A DNA stretch of 63,069 nt, filler included, from Craspedostauros australis (taxonomy: Eukaryota), in the NCBI GenBank assembly GCA_030167865.1. It is 11 parts of 11 records of this genome, joined end to end, with 100 filler letters (N's around TTAATTAATTAA, not from the genome) between each part and the next. Parts side by side here need not be neighbours in the genome. Positions count along the whole stretch, not along the records: positions 55,834 to 59,690 come from JALAGF010000166.1; positions 59,791 to 61,916 come from JALAGF010000167.1; positions 62,017 to 63,069 come from JALAGF010000168.1; 8 more parts are not named here. One strand, written 5' to 3'. Made by a program: the position numbers and the translations under genes. Below the pieces are notes generated by a model that saw only the letters and a program-made list of their open reading frames with translations, made no database searches and was not told the origin of the DNA. This document shows, one piece after another, positions 56,198-63,069 of this stretch; position 1 is the first letter of the stretch; each line of letters starts with the position of its first letter.

Positions 56198-59100
56198 TCA
56201 TTTGGAGCTCTTCGGCGACTTGCTTGATTTGGGTGACTTGGGAGACTTCGTCTTGCTCTCCTTTGATGACTTTTTCGATTTGTATGATTTCGCCCCCTTG
56301 GTGCTGCGCATGTAAGATGGTTGGGAGGAAGGGAAGGACGACGGCGCGGATGACGGTGTGGATGACGGTGTGAACGACGGCGTGGATGACGGTGTGAACG
56401 ACGGCGTGGATGACGGCATCTTCGAGTTACCGTTGCAGAATTCCAGTGAACCCATGAAGTACACAAAGAGACCATCGCAGACAGGAGGAGGATAATCACC
56501 GACAACATCGCTCGCCCTTCCTGTAAAGATAGTGAATGGGCAATTGTTGCAATCAATCCAGTCTGGAGGGATGGGAATGATGCTGTCCGAGAATTGCCTC
56601 CCCGTGCTCGTTCGTGTATCGATCCGGATGGAGATCACGTCGTCGCTTTCGGACACAGCCAAAGGTTGATCGAATGAAATCACGTCTGTGAATTCACCAT
56701 CACCTCTGGCCTCGATCGTTCCCGATGCAAGTTCTGTCCAATTCCCGGGTGCATCCCACGTACTTGGGCGATAGAAGATTGTGAAAGTTTGGTTCCCCGT
56801 CGATGGCAGGACAAGCCTCATGCCTGTGATGTCGACACTATCCAGAATCTGAATGTCGTGTCGCACTGAAGCGACCGTGTCAGCGAAGAATGATCTTGGG
56901 AGACCTGCTGTTTTTGCGTCGCGGCAGGTGTCTGTTGGTGCCTGTGTGGGGCCTGCGGATGGTTGGATTGATGGCGATGTTGTCGTAGTGGGGGAAGCAG
57001 ATCCGGTTGGCATCTCGGTGCTCAAATCCGGACAGAATTCGAGGGCGCCGTAAAAGACGGGGAACCCATTGCGGAAATTGGGCGGGTTGTTTCCAACTTC
57101 GAGGCTACCTTGTCCGGTGAATACCTCGAATGGGCAGTCTGGGCACTCGAAGAAGCTCTCTGGGATCACAAACGGAGATGATGAGTACAAATTCCTCAAC
57201 CTGTCGGCCGTGTCAATGCGGAAGGATACAATGTCATCCTCCGCAGACACCACCACTGGCTGATCAAATATGAGGGAGGGGGAGAAGCCAGACGAATCCT
57301 TTCCCCCGTTGTTTCCTGATGCAATCTGAGTCCAGTTGCCATCGGCATCCCAGGTGCTTGGNCGGAAGAAGATCGTGTATGGCATGTTGGTGAATTCAGC
57401 AGCCACGGAGACCTTGATGGCGGTGAGTTCGACGCTGTCCAGTATGCGAACATCGAATCTGAATGACTCAGTGCGCTCAGCTGAGCGAGGTTCGCTGGGC
57501 GTTGTGAACTCCCACGTGCCGCAAAATTCGGTTGGGGCAGACGAGGGGGTTATACTCGGAACATTCGATGGGAGTGATGACATTGATGGTGCCACAGAAA
57601 CGGATGGTGTCGCGGTTGGTGATCGACTGCGGTCCAGTTTCACGCTCACCGTCGCACACATGGGTGTGGTCGAGTCATCATCGATGTTGGATACCGAAAT
57701 GACGATCCCATCCAGCAAAGACGACTGGGCATCAATTCTGTACAATGGTTGTGTCATGTCCAGGATGGCCTCCAGATGAGAGAATCGCGTCTCGGTGGTG
57801 CCGTGGTCTTGTGCCCTTGTCACGAGGACCTGATCCCTGCCCAGCGGAGAATCGGCGTTGAAGCCAATGGCTCTGTTGAAGGCGATGTAGTAGTTCAATT
57901 CACTCTCAGGATCGTCAATTCGGATGATGACGTCGAAGCTGGTGTCAGCGGGGTCATAATCGACCACTCCGCAGAGCCTTCCCTCGAAGTCGATGTCTCG
58001 ACCTCCGGTGAGCAATGTGGTCTGATCGGAGTACCACCCCATCACCCAGCTCTTGGCGCCTATGTGTGGTGGAGGGGCAGGCGCATGAGTAATGATATTG
58101 AAGGGGTAGGTTTGCAGCATGAGCATGAGGGTGTGAAATGATTTGGCGCGGACGTAAAGAACGAAACGATGGAGAAGGTAACGATTGGTGAGGCAGTGTA
58201 CGTAGAGTGTCGCATTGTATCACATCGCGTGCGATGAGGTGACAAGACTCCTCCTGGACCGGAATCATCTGGGTCCTTGCTCTCCACAAAGCAACGGCGC
58301 CATAGCACTTACCGTTGTATCCCACCTTATCGGTCAGCGATTCATTAAAAAATCGACTAACAACCATTACGCCCATCGCGCCGCTGCGGCATGATAGTGG
58401 ATGTTGGGGTTGGAATCCATCGGCCGGAAAATATCAGAAAACGAGGAAGAGGATCCACGAAGACTGGGGTTAGATGGGCTTCGAACGAGAAACAGGGTCC
58501 CTGTCATGTGATGAGGACCAGAACATGGCAGACGTGTCCAATGTGCTCTCTCCGAAGTTCGATTGTGTCCGTTCTTGTGTCCGATCGTCCATCCGTCTAC
58601 AATGATTGATGCAGAATGTCACAGATCGTCTCCAACCTCTCTCTCTCTCTCTCTGTTGGCACATTGGCTGCGCTTACCTGAAATCTTCGTACTCTACCCC
58701 GTCCCGATTGGAATGGCCAAGCCCAAAGTTGTGACCGAGTTCGTGGACGATGATGTAAGGGTTGGCTGCCCAGTGCGTGTCTGGATAGTTTCTGATACCG
58801 TTGTACATGCTGATCTTTTGATCGAAATAAGCGTACGCTGTGAATCAGTGGTGTGTCGGTTGCATTGGTGCGCGCATTGATCATCGGGAGAGTTTGATTC
58901 GCACGGAAGAAAGATGGTATTGCACGGTGGAGTGAGATGGGTTGGATAGGAGTATGAGCACGGGTAGAGCTCATCACGATACCAGTGCGAAATGTTGATG
59001 AGGAAGACACAAGTTGTGTGGTCCTTGTCAGCACTTACCGGTCCAGTCAGTGTCAGTGTCAATGCCAATGTCCAGCCCCAACCCGAACGGGACCAGGATC

Positions 59101-59964
59101 AAGAAGAAATCAAAGTCATCATAGATCTTGACCTCCTGCTTCAGATATTGCGAGATGAGATTATCAACTCTTCTTGCCTCGAGAGTGGTGGGATCAACAT
59201 CAGGTGAATACTCAAGTGTCAGAATCCCATCATCTGTCCCATTCGTCGGCATGGTGGAGAGCCTCAGCTTGTCAAAAGACATGGCCGCGAACTGGTCGGT
59301 GAAGTTGGGTTGAGCGCCGAAGATCTCGTCTTTGATGAGGGATTTGGGAACTGTGTAGTCGGTTTGGAAGACGACCTGAATGAAGAGGAACTTCTTGTCG
59401 CCAGAACCACGGACATCAGGAGTGGTCAGAGAACGACCATGTCCATGGCCATCGCTTTGTTCGCTTCGTTGATGATGCTCGATCGTCATGTCATCGATGA
59501 TCTTCAAGTCCGGCAGCTTCAAGGAGAAGTCGGTGACATCGATGATGACATTCTCCAGAAACAACGTGGACTTGGAAGAGGGAGTTGGCCATACATGTTT
59601 GTCGGCGGCCCATTCCGGCGTCAGCCCTTCGATGGCCATATGCACAGGCCCATGTGCTTCCTCATCGGAGCCTTGGAGCATGCAAGATAANNNNNNNNNN
59701 NNNNNNNNNNNNNNNNNNNNNNNNNNNNNNNNNNTTAATTAATTAANNNNNNNNNNNNNNNNNNNNNNNNNNNNNNNNNNNNNNNNNNNNTTGGAGCAGC
59801 CGCAGACGTTGTGGATGCATCATGTTCAGTTGCGGTTCCCGATCCTGCTGCTTGACATCACCAGCACCATCATCGGCACGAACAGTAGAATCGACAAAGA
59901 CAGAACTGGGGATCACAACTGCCACGCAGATGCGAGCGATGGAAAGAATCCTCATGATTTGCAT
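56198..59964 (-). CDS. Secreted metzincin metalloprotease (peptidase M11/gametolysin-like); exons 59964-59791 (gap) 59690-59039, 58837-58678, 58383-58313, 58059-56198
   Basis: Three GT-AG introns splice in frame to give AYAYF...IIVHELGHNFGLGHS...YEDFSGAMG...YNGAKSWVMGWY. The signal-peptide exon beyond the gap is assumed to belong to this gene. Confidence 0.85.
56338..56418 (-). repeat. Coding 12-nt tandem repeat (PSST/PSFT)
   Basis: GACGGTGTGGAT / GACGGTGTGAAC units. Confidence 0.9.
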
Positions 59965-60234
59965 GGATGGATCATGATGTGATGACGAACATGGCGGTGT
60001 TGTGGCTTGGTGGTCGTACTACAATCATGATGATCAACTCGGCGATGGCAGCGGGATGGTGTACACACTGCTCCAATCACCTCCTTGTCTTGACCTTTGT
60101 CCATGTGAGTGGCGACTGACGATGAGGCGTTCTGTGCGTGCATGGGTACGATCATAGTGCTAACATGGTGAGGCGCCAAGAACGAAAGCGAGGAGCGCCT
60201 CGAAGTCTGCTTCTTGTGGTGTTGTTGTGCTGTT

Positions 60235-60290
60235 TGCCGATCGCATCGTGCCAATCGCATCATGCCAATCGCATCGTGCCGATCGCATCG
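60235..60290. repeat. 14-nt minisatellite, four copies
   Basis: TGCCRATCGCATCR x4. Confidence 0.85.
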
Positions 60291-61031
60291 TGGTGGCAGG
60301 AAGGAGTCTTGGATACGTTTGTTGTGGATTGAAACACGAGTGGTGTCATGCTCATCATCGCTGTCATCGTCATCGTCATCGCCACAGAACATGAGAAACG
60401 CCTCTGATTTCCACCGAAGAAGTCATCGTGGATTCTTCACATCGTGGATCTGCCCATCGGAGTCGTTCGATGACATCCAACGGCCGAAGAAGTGTATCGA
60501 TCGGAGTATAATAATAGTATCGTGGTTGACTCCCCCCAAGACCATCACAGAGGGATGTGCCTACTCGTATTACACGATCAATGGTGTCACATGAAGAGGC
60601 ACAACTGCACAGCGTGGCCAAGTTGGGCATCATCGAAGGTTGTATCGTGCGAGCGAGCGAGCAAGCCAGCTTCGGATCATGATGTGGCTGTCCACGGTCG
60701 TACCATGCCATACTATACCATACCGAACCACACCACACCACACCATACACCGTGGTGGAACTGCGCAAGTCCATGCAGGCGTGTTGACTGACGACACGTT
60801 GCTTCGTGATCAATGCACAGGATCATGAAATGGAGGACATCAANNNNNNNNNNNNNNNNNNNNNNNNNNNNNNNNNNNNNNNNNNNNNNNNNNNNNNNNA
60901 CTCTGCCTGCTCTATCAGCTCTACCTGCTCCACTCGTACGATTATACCGACCACCAACAGAAACAATCAGCAACAACAGCAACAATCATCATCAGTAACA
61001 ATCAGCAACAATCGGAAACGACAAGAAAAGG

Positions 61032-61916
61032 ATGAACCACAACATGGATGCTGTCGCCAACACCAATACCAACAGCGATCATGATCCAGACTTCAAGACT
61101 TTCTGGAAACAACTCCATCGAAAATTGTGGGTTCCGAAGACTGCATTCAATATACAGAGTCATTCAAGACAGCAGATCGACTGCTACAGTGTCACACCCA
61201 AGCGGATGGAATACTGGGACATGGCCATCGAAGCAGGATTCACCGTCGCTGACTTGGAATCGATGCAGTGGTGGCACAAGCACGTTGCTTTATCATCTCG
61301 TGTTCTACTGAGCAAATCGCTTTTTCAGAGAAGCGGATGGATGGGTATTGGATCCCTGTATCTGAAATTCGGCAGCAATGACCAATTCGGAGAAGAAGAC
61401 AAGCAAGCCATTCGCTTTGTACTTCGATTGGCTGCCAAACGCCCAGCCAAATCTATATTCGGCGAAGGCATCTGCTTGCCTCCATGCTTCGTGAAGATAA
61501 AACAGCTCCATGATATCCCTCTTGTGACACATCGTGTGCATTTTGATTCATGTGATCTTGTTGATTGTGACAAGCTCATGTTCAACATCTCCCAAAACTC
61601 CAAATACGTTTCGTTTTGTTTCTGCAAGCTCACCAATGGGGGCGCTGATTTGTGCAGATGGCTGTCTCCAAACAATTGCAGTGTCACCGAAGTATTCTTT
61701 TGGGACACCCGTATCACTTGCGATAGCTTGGCAAAGCTATTCCAGTCAAACAAGCGCATCAACAAGCTCAACATCAATTGGTCTCGGCTCTCCGACACTC
61801 AACAAATCCACTCACAACAAGAAATCGACCAGATCATCAAACTCCTTTCAGATGCATCACACCTGAACAAGCTCGAGGTTTCCTGTACTTGGGACATGTC
61901 ATCGCAACAAGAGGGG
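61032..61916 (+). CDS. Hypothetical protein, possibly RNI-like leucine-rich repeat, truncated by gap
   Basis: 295-codon open frame with weak LRR-like periodicity (LFQSNKRINKLNIN, HLNKLEVS). Confidence 0.5.
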
Positions 61917-62146
61917 NNNNNNNNNNNNNNNNNNNNNNNNNNNNNNNNNNNNNNNNNNNNTTAATTAATTAANNNNNNNNNNNNNNNNNNNNNNNNNNNN
62001 NNNNNNNNNNNNNNNNCAGACACACAACCACCGTGCTTTGGCTGCGTTGGGACATCGACCGCATCCCTTCCTCCCACAAACCCCCATCCCGGTTCGATTC
62101 AAACCAACACCCACCTCCTCCACCACCAAACAAACGACTCGCCACC

Positions 62147-63069
62147 ATGTCTGACGATGAAGATATCGCCGCCCTTGTCATCGACAACGGTTCCGGAATG
62201 TGCAAAGGTAAGGCGTCATCGAGCAGCACATCGCATGGCATCACAATGGATTGTATCGTTTTGAATTGGGTTGGATTCAAACACGGCAATGACAACAGCA
62301 ACAATGATCGGACGATCGATCGATCGACCGCCACGGTTGCGATCTTCTTGATCGGTGGCATTGGCGGCATTGCTGAAATGAGACGCGAAGGATCATCGAT
62401 GGTCAGCATGCGCATGGTGGATGCGCTGGCGGAGTGTGCACGCAGGGGTACTCTGTCATAACATCGTCGTACCATCGCCAGCCATCATGTGTCTAACTCC
62501 AATTCCACTTTCTTGGTCCACCACACGACAACCACACAACAGCCGGATTCGCTGGAGATGACGCCCCACGCTCCGTCTTCCCATCCCTCATCGGACGTGC
62601 CCGCCAGCCAGGTATCATGGTTGGTATGGAGCAGCGTGACGCATACGTCGGTGACGAGGCACAGGCCAAGCGTGGTGTCCTCACACTGAAGTACCCAATC
62701 GAGCACGGTATCGTCACCAACTGGGACGATATGGAGAAGATCTGGCATCACACCTTCTACAACGAGCTCCGTGTCGCCCCAGAGGCCCACCCAGTCCTGC
62801 TCACCGAGGCCCCACAGAACCCCAAGGCCAACCGCGAGCGTATGACCCAGATCATGTTCGAGACCTTCAACGTCCCGGCCATGTACGTCAACATCCAAGC
62901 CGTCCTCTCCCTGTACGCCTCCGGACGTACCACCGGATGCGTGCTGGACTCCGGTGATGGTGTGACACACACCGTCCCAATCTATGAGGGATACGCTCTT
63001 CCACACGCCGTCATCCGTCTCGATTTGGCCGGACGTGACCTGACCGAGTACCTGATGAAGATCCTCACA
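62147..63069 (+). CDS. ACT: Actin, 5' part; exons 62147-62207 and 62543 to window end
   Basis: [30 protein letters not shown]...[11 protein letters not shown]...[18 protein letters not shown] intron 62208-62542. Confidence 0.98.

Noticed and set aside
56338..56418. Regular short repeats as a possible CRISPR array (also 60235-60290)
   Set aside because: Tandem units without unique spacers, no cas genes, eukaryotic context.
18140..61972. Recurrent TTAATTAATTAA palindromes that could look like a repeat array
   Set aside because: Always embedded in N runs; an artificial six-frame-stop scaffold linker.

Overview
Eukaryotic nuclear scaffold, most likely from a (probably pennate) diatom. Evidence: GT-AG introns, ASAFAP-type bipartite plastid presequences, a cyclase-PDE fusion, Copia LTR elements and a silaffin-like Lys/Ser tail. 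Contigs are joined by artificial N-run/TTAATTAATTAA spacers, so several genes are truncated. Recognisable genes: GT61 glycosyltransferase with Thr-rich stalk, plastid-targeted class I aminotransferase, sulfatase, 4-TM membrane protein, SGNH-type esterase/acyltransferase, SAM methyltransferase, flavin monooxygenase, receptor cyclase-phosphodiesterase, plastid NDP kinase with a 21-nt micro-exon, CDV3-like protein, sirtuin, GLTP-domain protein, Faf1/C1orf131-like protein, very large ArfGAP, multi-exon M11-like metalloprotease and actin. A decayed Ty1/copia pol and several LTRs are also present. The best candidate for something undescribed is the secreted metzincin protease, which carries RXL sites, two copies of a ~165-aa domain I do not recognise and a KxxK silaffin-like tail (possible silica-wall-targeted protease). 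Other items: a sirtuin without the zinc module, mosaic LTRs, CpG-decay signatures in the Copia RT and a sulfatase with a twin-arginine motif. I found no CRISPR array, rRNA, tRNA or prokaryote-style defence system. All family calls come from motif recognition by eye, not database searches.
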